Assembly: GCA_039208735.1 (NCBI GenBank)
Contig: JBCCQY010000159.1
Coordinates: 1 to 21,992 of the forward strand
DNA length: 21,992 bases
Direction of reading: 5' to 3'
From: Myxococcota bacterium
GTDB lineage: Bacteria; Myxococcota_A; UBA796; GCA-2862545
Shown: positions 1 to 8,074 of the stretch, piece by piece
Numbering within the stretch: position 1 is the first letter of the stretch
Layout of the letters: every line of letters starts with the position of its first letter
Position numbers and translations under genes: made by a program
The notes under the pieces: generated by a model
Seen by the model: the letters and a program-made list of their open reading frames with translations, nothing else
Told to the model about the DNA's origin: nothing
Database searches by the model: none

Positions 1-778
1 CCTCGGCCACGAGTTCGGCGGCCTTGCCCAATGCGACGATGAGCGGCACAGGCAGCGTTCCAGACCGAATGCCGCGCTCCTGGCCGCCGCCGAGCTGCAG
101 CGGTTCAATCTCAATTTTGGGGCGCGTACGGCGCACCACGAGAGCCCCGATACCCTTTGGACCAAAGATCTTGTGGGCAGACACCGAGATGAGGTCGGCA
201 TGGAGCGCGCTTATGTCCACCGGGACATAGGCGGCTTGGGCCGCATCGGTGTGCAACCAAATCCCACGTTCGCGACAAGCCTTGCCGATGGCCTCGAGCG
301 GTTGGATGACGCCGATCTCGTTGTTCACCCGCATGATCGACACCAAGACGGTGTAGGGCTTGAACGCCGCGACGACCGCTTCAGGATCGACCAGACCGTC
401 GGGCCCCACCGGCAGGATGGTGACCTCGACGCCTTCCCGTTCGAGTTGCGCCACCGGATCGAGCACGGCGGGATGTTCGGTGGCCAACGTGATGACATGC
501 CGCGGTCCGGAGCGGGCTCGTACGACGCCCAAGATCGCGAGGTTGTCGGACTCGGTGGCCCCGGAGGTGAATACGATCTCTTTGGGGGAAGCACCCAGCC
601 AAGTCGCGACCTGACTTCGAGCGTGCTCGGTGGCCTGGCGCGCCGTGAGCCCGTAGGCGTGGGACCGGGAACCCGCATTGCCAAAATGGGTTCCGAAGTA
701 GGGCCACATCGCTTCGAGGACCCGATCGTCGCAAGGGGTGGTTGCGTGATGATCAACGTAGATGGGATCGCTCGTCAT
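1..778 (-). CDS. iscS: Cysteine desulfurase, IscS/NifS family (class V PLP enzyme); 3' end lies beyond the left edge
   Basis: Not in the ORF track because there is no stop in the window. Translated by hand from ATG 778: MTSDPIYVDHHATTPCDDRVLEAMWPYFGTHFGNAGSRSHAYG...EIVFTSGATESDNLAI...EHPAVL...VSIMRVNNEIGVIQP...LHTDAAQ...ISVSAHKIFGPKGIGAL...GGGQERGIRSGTL. These are the hallmark IscS motifs, including the PLP lysine in SAHK. Confidence 0.93.
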   Translation of the reverse strand, partial: MTSDPIYVDHHATTPCDDRVLEAMWPYFGTHFGNAGSRSHAYGLTARQATEHARSQVATWLGASPKEIVFTSGATESDNLAILGVVRARSGPRHVITLATEHPAVLDPVAQLEREGVEVTILPVGPDGLVDPEAVVAAFKPYTVLVSIMRVNNEIGVIQPLEAIGKACRERGIWLHTDAAQAAYVPVDISALHADLISVSAHKIFGPKGIGALVVRRTRPKIEIEPLQLGGGQERGIRSGTLPVPLIVALGKAAELVAE

Positions 779-882
779 GCCTGCGTCGTACTGTGATCCT
801 GCGAGCCTGTCTCGATTCCTGCGCAACGAATGCGCCGGTGATGCTACCGTTTCGATACGGCTCATTAGACGCGGAGGAAAGG

Positions 883-1533
883 ATGCTCGCAGCCCTGTGG
901 ACGTTCACCCCGGCCCTCGCGCAGGCACCCCTGGCGATTCCTGCGGATCCGCCTCCGGTCGTCATCAAACCCCTTGAAACGCAAGGGCTTGGCGTATCGG
1001 CAGCGACGATGGCGGAGTTCGACGATCGGCGCTTGCGTATCCATCCGGCCCAAGGCCATAGCTGGCGGCTCTTGGGGGCGGTTCCCGATACGCTTGACTT
1101 CGCAGCCGGTGTGAATGCCGCTGCGGTCGACCTGGCCCCTCGCCTCGTCGTGGCGCGTGGCGAGCGGTTGCTGGCCGTGCCCACGCTCATGGAGTCGTTG
1201 GGCGACAATCCCGCCCTGCTTCGCGAGCGCATCGAGCGCAAACAGTGGACGGCCAATGCCTGGACGGCGGTGAGCGCTCTCGGCCTCGTGGGAGCCGCGG
1301 TTGCCTACCGTCTTCCGAGTGAGGAACGGCGGCCCTGGCTGATTTCGTCGGCCTCGATGCTGGTGGGAGGCCTGGTGTTCGGCGGCAACGCGCAGCGCCG
1401 CGCGAACCGGCTCGCCCGCGACCTCGACCTCGAATACGATCGCAGGGAACTCGTCAAGCGCGTCCGCGCACACAACGACGCCCTGGCGAACGAGCTTGGC
1501 ATCGATCCCGAAGCCGCGCGCGATCGGGAGTAG
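883..1533 (+). CDS. Hypothetical exported/membrane protein (N-terminal signal, two C-terminal TM helices)
   Basis: ORF 742..1533. Start moved to ATG 883 because GGAGGA lies at 873-878. N-terminus is MLAALWTFTPALAQ; hydrophobic segments are AWTAVSALGLVGAAVAY and WLISSASMLVGGLVFGG. Confidence 0.75.
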   Translation: MLAALWTFTPALAQAPLAIPADPPPVVIKPLETQGLGVSAATMAEFDDRRLRIHPAQGHSWRLLGAVPDTLDFAAGVNAAAVDLAPRLVVARGERLLAVPTLMESLGDNPALLRERIERKQWTANAWTAVSALGLVGAAVAYRLPSEERRPWLISSASMLVGGLVFGGNAQRRANRLARDLDLEYDRRELVKRVRAHNDALANELGIDPEAARDRE

Positions 1534-1539
1534 CTCGGG

Positions 1540-2313
1540 TCAGCCGGAGATGACCTCGCCACCGTCGACCTGAAGCACGTTGCCGGTGAGCCAGTGGGTT
1601 CCCGGCGCGGACAACGCCACCATGCACTCCGCGATGTCTTCGGGAGTGGTGAGGCGACCGCTCGGGTTGCGAGCGAGGGCTCGCTCCTGGATCTGAGCTG
1701 CACCCGGAATCTTGTCGAGCGCAGGCGTAGGCGTGACCCCGGCCATGATGGCATTGGCGGTGATGCCCTTGGGCGCCAATTCGACGGCCAGCTGGCGGAT
1801 GTGCGACTCGAGCGCGCACTTCGCGGCACTCACGGCCCCGTACGAGGGCCACATGGCGACCGAGCCCGACGAGGTCATGCCGAAGATGCGCCCATGGTCG
1901 CCGAAGAGGTCGGCGTTCACGATGTCTTTGGCCCAGTACACGATGCTGTGCGCCATGACGTCGAGGGTCATCTCCATCTGCTTCCGAGACAGCGATCCGT
2001 CCCCGATGTAGGGGCGCAAGGTGCCGAAGGCGAGCGAGTGCATGAGCACACGGACGCTACCGGGGCCAGCGTTTTCACGCAGCCATGCGATGGCTTCGGC
2101 GCGTTCGTCGTCGCCTGCCGCGTTGGCATTGTGGAAATGAACAGGCACACCGTGCCCTTTCAGCTCTTCCACCAACGCTTCGATCTGCGGCATCGCCTGC
2201 CGACGGTCGAGGTGGGCCCCGAAAATTCCGTATCCCGCCTTCGCATAGGCCTTCGCCGCCGCCGCGCCAAAGCCCGACGACGACCCCAAGATCACTGCCC
2301 AGTTCGTTGCCAC
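1540..2313 (-). CDS. fabL: SDR-family enoyl-ACP reductase (FabL/FabI-like)
   Basis: GTG 2313 with AGGAGAG upstream, 1 nt after the ppiC-like stop. Shows the Rossmann motif ILGSSSGFG, the ENR-type YxxxxxxK catalytic motif (YGAVSAAK), and GITANAIMAG, GRLTTPEDIA, TGNVLQVDGG. Confidence 0.8.
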   Translation of the reverse strand: MATNWAVILGSSSGFGAAAAKAYAKAGYGIFGAHLDRRQAMPQIEALVEELKGHGVPVHFHNANAAGDDERAEAIAWLRENAGPGSVRVLMHSLAFGTLRPYIGDGSLSRKQMEMTLDVMAHSIVYWAKDIVNADLFGDHGRIFGMTSSGSVAMWPSYGAVSAAKCALESHIRQLAVELAPKGITANAIMAGVTPTPALDKIPGAAQIQERALARNPSGRLTTPEDIAECMVALSAPGTHWLTGNVLQVDGGEVISG

Positions 2314-2314
2314 C

Positions 2315-3277
2315 TTAGTTCTCTCCTGCTCCGTTGGCTGCCGGGGCCTCCTCGCCCCCCTCATCAGCGGCGGCAGCCGGCTCTTCGGCGGCTCCCTCTG
2401 CCGGAGGATGGCCCTCAGGGAGGTGCCCGTTTTCAGGCGCCCCGACGAATTGCATGTTGACTTCAAGCGAATCGCGCATGTCCTTCATGGCGTCCATGGC
2501 GGCCTTCTGCTCGAGCGCGGCGCGGGCGATGAGCTGCTGCTCCTCGGCCGGCGTGGCGTCTCGCGAGCCAAGGATCTCGACAATGTGCCAGCCCGTCGGA
2601 GTCTCGAGAGGTCCGATCACGGCTTCCTTGCTGTGCGCAAAGAGCGCCCGGCCCAGTTCCGGCCGGTCCTGCATGCTGAACCAGCCGAGGTAGCCACCGT
2701 TCGGTGCGGTGCGCATATCGATCGAGTGGTCGCGTGCGAGGTCGGCGAACTCTTCCCCACCTTCGAGACGCGTCATCAGATCTTCGGCGTACGACTCCGA
2801 GCCCACCACAATCTGGCGGGCCTGCTTCTGCGGAAGCGCGAACTGATCGCGATTGTCCTCGATCCACGCGTTGACCCGTTCATCGGTCAGTGCCCGTTGC
2901 GCGAGGGTGCGCTGCATGGCCCGCGAAAGCGCCTGACGCTGCGCAAATGCCAGCTCGAGCTGGGTCTGCGGGTCCTCGAACAGCTTCTCTTCGACCGCTT
3001 GCCGATAGAGGGCCGTAGCGAGCGCGTACTCTTCAATGATGTGGTAACCGCCGGGCGACTTGACGACCGAGTCGAGCATGGCCGCAGGGACGCCCTTGTT
3101 CTTGAAGACGACGTCGATCTCGTTGCGGCCGACCTGGAAGCCGTTCACGGTCATGAACGGCTCACCGAGGTCCGCGATGAGGCCTGGTTCGTCGATCACC
3201 ACGGGAGTGGCCTGGGTGGGCGCCTCGTCGCAGCCCACGACAGCGAGCAGAGCGACGGCGATCATCGTTGTTCTCAA
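2315..3277 (-). CDS. PpiC/parvulin-type peptidyl-prolyl isomerase lipoprotein (PrsA-like foldase)
   Basis: TTG 3277 with AAGGAG about 6 nt upstream (alternative ATG 3265). Lipobox LLAVVGC; parvulin core ARQIVV...FADLARDHSID...NGGYLGWF...IGPLETPTGWHIVEI. Confidence 0.88.
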   Translation of the reverse strand: MRTTMIAVALLAVVGCDEAPTQATPVVIDEPGLIADLGEPFMTVNGFQVGRNEIDVVFKNKGVPAAMLDSVVKSPGGYHIIEEYALATALYRQAVEEKLFEDPQTQLELAFAQRQALSRAMQRTLAQRALTDERVNAWIEDNRDQFALPQKQARQIVVGSESYAEDLMTRLEGGEEFADLARDHSIDMRTAPNGGYLGWFSMQDRPELGRALFAHSKEAVIGPLETPTGWHIVEILGSRDATPAEEQQLIARAALEQKAAMDAMKDMRDSLEVNMQFVGAPENGHLPEGHPPAEGAAEEPAAAADEGGEEAPAANGAGEN

Positions 3278-3643
3278 GGGGGACTCCTTCCAGCCAGAGT
3301 TTGGCCGATCCCAATCCGCGCCGACGGTGCACCTTACCCGAGCCAACCCATTCGGCTCAACGCACGACGGACCACCCTCGGTTGCGAGCTGCCGACAACG
3401 CGCTATCGGGCGTTCATGCAGCCATCTTGAGCGCCACAAAGCTTTGTCCCGTTTTCCCTTTCCCCCTGAGGACCCGGCCCATCGCCTTGTCCTCACGGCG
3501 CGGAGGCGCGGGGCCTTTTTGTCAAACCTCGGGGTATACGCCCCGATGGTGGCGTTCGCGTCGCGATCCGCTCCTGATCCTCAGGAACGGCTGACGTCGC
3601 CGTACGGATCGGGCCTCGAGCCTCCGGGTCTCTCGGAGCTTTC

Positions 3644-4183
3644 GTGGCGCGTACGCTGCCTTTTGAACGTCTTCCTTGCCATCGTTGGACCGTGAAATGC
3701 GACGGTCCTCCATCCTTCGACCGGCGATGTGCTTCCTGCGATGCGATGCGTCGCTTCGTGAGCGCCGGTGCATTCCGGGTGAACGCCCATCGCCGCCGTC
3801 TCGATGTGTGGTTGTTGGTGCGGTGCTCGAGGTGCGATCGCACCGATCGCTTGCCCGTCGTTGAGCGGGTGCCGGTCGATCAGGTTCCGCCTTCCGCACT
3901 CGAGGCCTACACGAACAACGACCCCCGCTGGTGCGCTCGGGCCGCGGTCGAACACGGTCTCGTCGTGCCTTGGGTCGTCGAACGAGCCCCACATCCACCT
4001 CCCTACGTGGCGGAGCTGGTGGTTCCTCCGGGAGCGATGCTGCGGCTCGACCGCCTGGTGGCGCACGCCCTGGGACGGTCCCGGGGCCGGGTCGCACGTG
4101 ATGTGGCCGATGGTGCCATCGTCATCGACGGCCGACCTTCGCAGAAGGCTCGAACCGGTCAGAGGGTGGTCGTGTTGCGCTGA
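3644..4183 (+). CDS. DUF1062 family protein (two CxxC zinc-ribbon motifs plus C-terminal S4-like RNA-binding segment)
   Basis: GTG 3644 with GGAG at 3635-3638. Signature RRCASC...FRVNAHRRRLDVWLLVRCSRC...ERVPV...TNND; C-terminal LRLDRLVAHALGRSRGRVARDVADGAIVIDG resembles an S4 domain. Confidence 0.82.
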   Translation: MARTLPFERLPCHRWTVKCDGPPSFDRRCASCDAMRRFVSAGAFRVNAHRRRLDVWLLVRCSRCDRTDRLPVVERVPVDQVPPSALEAYTNNDPRWCARAAVEHGLVVPWVVERAPHPPPYVAELVVPPGAMLRLDRLVAHALGRSRGRVARDVADGAIVIDGRPSQKARTGQRVVVLR

Positions 4184-4221
4184 TCGCATCGATTGGGGGT
4201 ACGGTGGCGGGACAAGGAGCC

Positions 4222-5820
4222 ATGCTCATGTGGATGCTGCCCCCATTGTTGCTCCCCATGCCGGCCCTCGGGGCCACTGTTGATCCATCCCCCGTCGTCG
4301 TCGTGGAGCGCCAATCCCGACGACAAGGGGCTGGGCATCTACTTCGTGTCGAGGCACCCCAGGGCCTGAAGCTCGATGGAGCGTCTCCGGTTGATGTGGA
4401 GCTCACGGTGGAGGGCCGCGAGATGCAGGCGTCGCTGCCGGCCGAGGCCTTCGGTCGTGGCTTGCCGGTAGGCGAACTCGGCTCCGAGGCGGTCGAGGGC
4501 CGGCTGACCGTCGTGCTGTGCGAACCCGTGACGAATGTGTGCACACGTTCGAACTGGGCCTTGAGTGGGACCCCTCCGCGGCGTGGGTCGGCGGACCTCG
4601 CGGTCGAGAAGACGGCTTCGTCGGGACCGTTTGGTCCGAAGGCGGATCTCGATGCGGTCGACGCGGCCTTTGCGAAGGCCGCGCAAACCGGGAAGCCTGT
4701 GCTGCTGGACTTCTCCGCCGTGTGGTGTCCCCCTTGTGTGGAACTGCGGACCGAGGTCCTCGAGGCCGATCCTCGACCGGTCGGGCTGGACGAGGTTCAC
4801 GTGGCCGTGGTGGACGTCGACCACGCCAGCTCGTTTGCCCTCAAGGACCGCTACGACATTGGCGGCTATCCGACCTCCATCGTGGTCCGGCCCGATGGCA
4901 CCGAGCTGACCCGGTTGGTGGGGTACCCGGGGGCCGATGCCTACCTCGATTGGGTGGCGACGGCGCCGAAGTCCACCGATGCTGCGGATCGCGAGGGAAG
5001 TCCCGACGATGTGACGCCCGAGCGGGCGGCCCAGATTGCGCTCACGTTGGCCAACGAACGGTTGTTCGACGATGCAAAAGCCTGGCTTGCCAGTGCGGTT
5101 GAACGGGGGGCCGATACCGCCGACGTGCGGGTGACGCGGGTGCTGCTCGAGCCGACGGGTGACGATCTGGCTTGGTTGCAGGTCCAAGCGCCAGAACGCT
5201 TGTCCGAGGTGAGCTTCGTCTTGCCCCAGCTCGCCGAGGAATCGCCCAAGCTGGTGAAGGCGGTGTTGAAGGCCCAGGGAGCCGAGGCGACGGGCTTGGA
5301 ACTGGTGACGTTGCTCCATGTGCGGGCCGATGTCGCAAAGACCACAGGCAAGACCGAGGAACATCAGGAAACGGCTGCGTACGCAGCTCACTTGCTGGCC
5401 GCGATCATCGACCAGGACCCGCACGTGGGCAAAGCCTACGTGACCTGGCTCGCCTCACTATGGCGAACCGCAGAGCGCCTCGACCGTATGGTCGCGGTGC
5501 TCGAACAGGCGTCGGCGGACTACCCCACCGAACCCACCTTTGACTTGTCGCTGACGCGACACCTCGTCCAAGAGGAGCGCTTCGCGGAGGCGTTGGTTGC
5601 GGCAGAACGCGCCGCAACCCGGGCGTGGGGCGACAATGCCCTACGGGTGACCCAGTGGCGAGCCGATGCCTTAGTGGGGCTCGGCCGTTCCGAAGATGCG
5701 AAGACCCTTTTGGAGAATGTGCTTGCCTCGAGTGCCGTCGCCCAATCCACCGACGTGCGGACGCACATCTACCGCAAGAGGCTCCAAAAGAAGCTTGATG
5801 CCCTGGGAGAGGCGCGGTGA
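4222..5820 (+). CDS. Exported thioredoxin-family protein (WCPPC) with an N-terminal beta-rich domain and a C-terminal TPR-like helical region
   Basis: ATG 4222 after AAGGAG; hydrophobic N-terminus. AFAKAAQTGKPVLLDFSAVWCPPC...YDIGGYPTSIVV...RLVGY is a Thioredoxin_7/DsbD-gamma-like domain. Ala/Leu-rich helical repeats follow. Confidence 0.85.
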   Translation: MLMWMLPPLLLPMPALGATVDPSPVVVVERQSRRQGAGHLLRVEAPQGLKLDGASPVDVELTVEGREMQASLPAEAFGRGLPVGELGSEAVEGRLTVVLCEPVTNVCTRSNWALSGTPPRRGSADLAVEKTASSGPFGPKADLDAVDAAFAKAAQTGKPVLLDFSAVWCPPCVELRTEVLEADPRPVGLDEVHVAVVDVDHASSFALKDRYDIGGYPTSIVVRPDGTELTRLVGYPGADAYLDWVATAPKSTDAADREGSPDDVTPERAAQIALTLANERLFDDAKAWLASAVERGADTADVRVTRVLLEPTGDDLAWLQVQAPERLSEVSFVLPQLAEESPKLVKAVLKAQGAEATGLELVTLLHVRADVAKTTGKTEEHQETAAYAAHLLAAIIDQDPHVGKAYVTWLASLWRTAERLDRMVAVLEQASADYPTEPTFDLSLTRHLVQEERFAEALVAAERAATRAWGDNALRVTQWRADALVGLGRSEDAKTLLENVLASSAVAQSTDVRTHIYRKRLQKKLDALGEAR

Positions 5821-6236
5821 AGTTCTTCGAGACGGTGATGGGCGTCTACTTCGACGATCTCGACGCCTTCTACATTCTGCACAACGCCAAGTACCTGCTG
5901 CTGTTCGAACGTACGATCGGGGCGTTTTGGCAAGAAGTGGGCATGGGAGCATTTGAGCCCAACACGGGTGGTGACCATCACCACTTGGTGCGCACCAACG
6001 CGATCGAGTACCTTCGTCCGGTGAACTTCACCGGTCGGGTGCGGGTTCGACTTTGGATTCGCAAGATCGGCAGGACCTCCATGACCTTTGCCTTTCGCAT
6101 GATGCCGCTCGACGAAGACATCGATTTTGCCACGGGCACCCGGACCATCGTTCGGGTGGATCCGTCGACGCAACGACCCATCCCCTGGACCGACGATTTT
6201 AGGGAACGGCTCACGCCTTGGACGGAGGCTTCCTGA
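5817..6236 (+). CDS. Acyl-CoA thioesterase, 4HBT/YbgC hot-dog fold
   Basis: GTGA overlap with the upstream stop. Motif VYFDDLDAFYILHNAKYLLLFER, plus IEYLRPV, IGRTSMTF and PIPW. Confidence 0.88.
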   Translation: MKFFETVMGVYFDDLDAFYILHNAKYLLLFERTIGAFWQEVGMGAFEPNTGGDHHHLVRTNAIEYLRPVNFTGRVRVRLWIRKIGRTSMTFAFRMMPLDEDIDFATGTRTIVRVDPSTQRPIPWTDDFRERLTPWTEAS

Positions 6237-7027
6237 TGTGGTGGCTCCTTGCTTTGCCTGCACTCGCCCAGGACCCCGAGACCGAACCGGCCCCGACTTC
6301 GGACGAGCCCGCTGTCTCTACCGATCCCGATGAGGCGGAAGAAATCGAGGCAGAAGAGGTCGACGCAGAGATGATCGTCTACGGCCGGCTGGCCATCGAT
6401 CGAGCTTCTGACGCGATCATCAAGAAGATGGAAGGGCTGGGCTACGAAGCCCGTCAGAAGGGCGACCGCATTGTCTTCCGGCCCCCATTGGGTTGGATGG
6501 GGGCTGCGATCTTCGAAGATGGGATCATGTCCTTCCGACGGTCCGTCATGGGGGCCTCTCCGCCCGATGACTCTGTCAATACGCAGCTCATTCGGACTAT
6601 TGATCCAGAGGTTTCGGGCACGACGGGCTACGGCCTCCGTTTCTGGGTGCTGCCTTCGATGAAGAAGGTCGAGCCCGTCCGGGCGGCATTGTTGGAGGCG
6701 ATTGGACCTGAACTGTCCAGGTACAACGCCGTCGTGGCACGGACAGCGCTCCAGGAGCGTCTCGCGGACCTGCCGGATCGGCTCGATGCGGTGTGGAATT
6801 CGGGCACTCCGCTGGTGGGCACCGCCACGCTCAGCACCCCCGCAGATCGGCGTCACCACGTTCTCGACTACTGGGCTTCGCGAGGGTCCACGCCGGAAGG
6901 GCGACTCACGGCACGCGCCGTGTCCGACTGGCTCGAGGCGGTGGTGCAAGCGAGCGCACACCCCATTACCGAGGATGAACGAAAGGAATACGAACGGCGT
7001 CGTGGAGATGGTTTGACATTGCCATGA
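6236..7027 (+). CDS. Hypothetical exported protein
   Basis: TGATG coupling to the thioesterase, with GGAGG upstream. N-terminus MWWLLALPALAQD is followed by an acidic linker. Confidence 0.78.
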   Translation: MWWLLALPALAQDPETEPAPTSDEPAVSTDPDEAEEIEAEEVDAEMIVYGRLAIDRASDAIIKKMEGLGYEARQKGDRIVFRPPLGWMGAAIFEDGIMSFRRSVMGASPPDDSVNTQLIRTIDPEVSGTTGYGLRFWVLPSMKKVEPVRAALLEAIGPELSRYNAVVARTALQERLADLPDRLDAVWNSGTPLVGTATLSTPADRRHHVLDYWASRGSTPEGRLTARAVSDWLEAVVQASAHPITEDERKEYERRRGDGLTLP

Positions 7028-7094
7028 TTGGCCGTCCGCCTCGCCGAACCCCCTAAACGAAATAGAAAGCCCGCACGCCAACGGGGAGGTCGGG

Positions 7095-8024
7095 GTGGAA
7101 TCCGGGAATCTGATCAACGATCCTTACGGCAGCTACTTCTTCGCTTTGGAGATCGGGGGCATCCAGGTCGCCCATTTCCAAGAGTTCTCGGGCATCAAGA
7201 CGTCATCTGAAGTCTTCGAGATCCAGGAAGGGGGCCGCAATGGGGCGACGATCAAGCGCCCTGGCCAGTCCAAGTTCGAGAACCTGGTGTTGAAGTACGC
7301 CACCAGTGCGTCGGTCGACCTGCTGGAGTGGCGTGACGACTTCCTGCAGGACCGGTTCGTGCCGCGTAACGGCTCCGTCTCGATCATCAACAACCGAGGC
7401 GATGAGGTTCGCCGCTACAACTTCACGAACGCCTGGCCGGTGAGTTGGGAAGGGCCCACGCTCAACTCGGGCAGCTCCGACCTCGCGATCGAGACGCTTG
7501 AAATCGCCATCGAAGGTCTTCAGATCGAAGATCCGACTCCCCCCAAGGAGCGGGTGGCGACCCAGGCGCCCGCGTCGCTCGATCGCAACAACGACGGTCG
7601 GGTCGACGACATGAACAAGGAGCTGGCCTCACGGACGGATCGCACCGATACGCCGAACCCCGACCAGGATGGCGACGGCGAGGTCGATGGCATGGATGAA
7701 GAGCAGGTGGCGCGTGAGGCCCAGAGCGAACCCGCGCCCACCTCCGATGACGACGAGGATGGCCAGGTCGATGGTGGGGTGCAGACCCAGTCCGACGCGG
7801 AGCCCGCGCCCTCGTCGGACAGCGATGACGATGGTCAGGTCGATGGCATGGCGGAGCAGCAGGCTGAGCAGCGTGCCGAACAGCGCGAGTCGGCCCCCAC
7901 GGCCGACGCCGATGGTGATGGCCAAATCGATCCGCCGGACGAAGATGCGGCCAAAGAAGAGCCCGGGGAAGAAGACGACGGAGAACCGCCTGAGCGCCCG
8001 CCCGGTGGCGAGGGCAACGTCTAA
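7095..8024 (+). CDS. Phage tail tube protein (T4 gp19 / Afp1-Afp5 eCIS tube family) with a 164-aa acidic repeat C-terminal extension
   Basis: GGAGG RBS at 7085-7089 and GTG 7095. Residues 1-145 (DPYGSYFFALEI...FQEFSGI...EGGRN...PGQSKFENLVLK...WR...RNGSVSIINNRGDEVRRYNFTNAWPVSWEGPTLNSGSSDLAIETLEIAIEGL) match the conserved gp19/TIGR02241 tube pattern. Residues 146-309 are D/E/P-rich. Confidence 0.92.
   Translation: MESGNLINDPYGSYFFALEIGGIQVAHFQEFSGIKTSSEVFEIQEGGRNGATIKRPGQSKFENLVLKYATSASVDLLEWRDDFLQDRFVPRNGSVSIINNRGDEVRRYNFTNAWPVSWEGPTLNSGSSDLAIETLEIAIEGLQIEDPTPPKERVATQAPASLDRNNDGRVDDMNKELASRTDRTDTPNPDQDGDGEVDGMDEEQVAREAQSEPAPTSDDDEDGQVDGGVQTQSDAEPAPSSDSDDDGQVDGMAEQQAEQRAEQRESAPTADADGDGQIDPPDEDAAKEEPGEEDDGEPPERPPGGEGNV
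7581..7931 (+). repeat. Five imperfect DxDxDGx(V/I)D repeats (24-29 aa period) in the tube protein tail
   Basis: DRNNDGRVD (7581), DQDGDGEVD (7662), DDDEDGQVD (7746), DSDDDGQVD (7818) and DADGDGQID (7905). Each is preceded by a Pro-containing turn (APASL, TPNP, APTS, APSS, APTA). Confidence 0.9.
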
Positions 8025-8074
8025 GCTTCGAACCGCTCGAGCGTTCAGGATCGGGCCGAGGATAAACGGGGCCC

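Noticed and set aside
3278..3643. tRNA, SRP RNA, 6S RNA or known riboswitch in the long intergenic region
   Set aside because: I found no cloverleaf or T-loop (GTTCRA), no SRP GGAAGGAAGCAGC-type loop, and no recognisable aptamer consensus.
3546..3695. 49-codon upstream ORF (MVAFASRSAPDP...) as a leader peptide for the DUF1062 gene
   Set aside because: It has no clear RBS, runs out of frame 52 nt into the gene and shows no recognisable stalling motif. It cannot be supported without Ribo-seq.
7013..7018. TTGACA as the -35 element of the tube gene promoter
   Set aside because: There is no -10-like hexamer at 16-18 nt spacing, and the site lies inside the upstream CDS.
7537..7556. Programmed frameshift or internal start at CCCCCC-AAGGAG-CGG-GTG after the tube domain
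   Set aside because: The tail is already in frame, the C-run does not form a canonical slippery heptamer, and the SD-to-GTG spacing is only 3 nt.
7581..7931. CRISPR array or DNA-level repeat element
   Set aside because: The repeats are degenerate at synonymous positions, have in-frame spacing and are conserved at protein level. There are no cas genes.
7095..8024. Prophage or complete eCIS locus
   Set aside because: There is only one structural gene, and no sheath, baseplate, terminase, capsid, integrase or att-like repeats.
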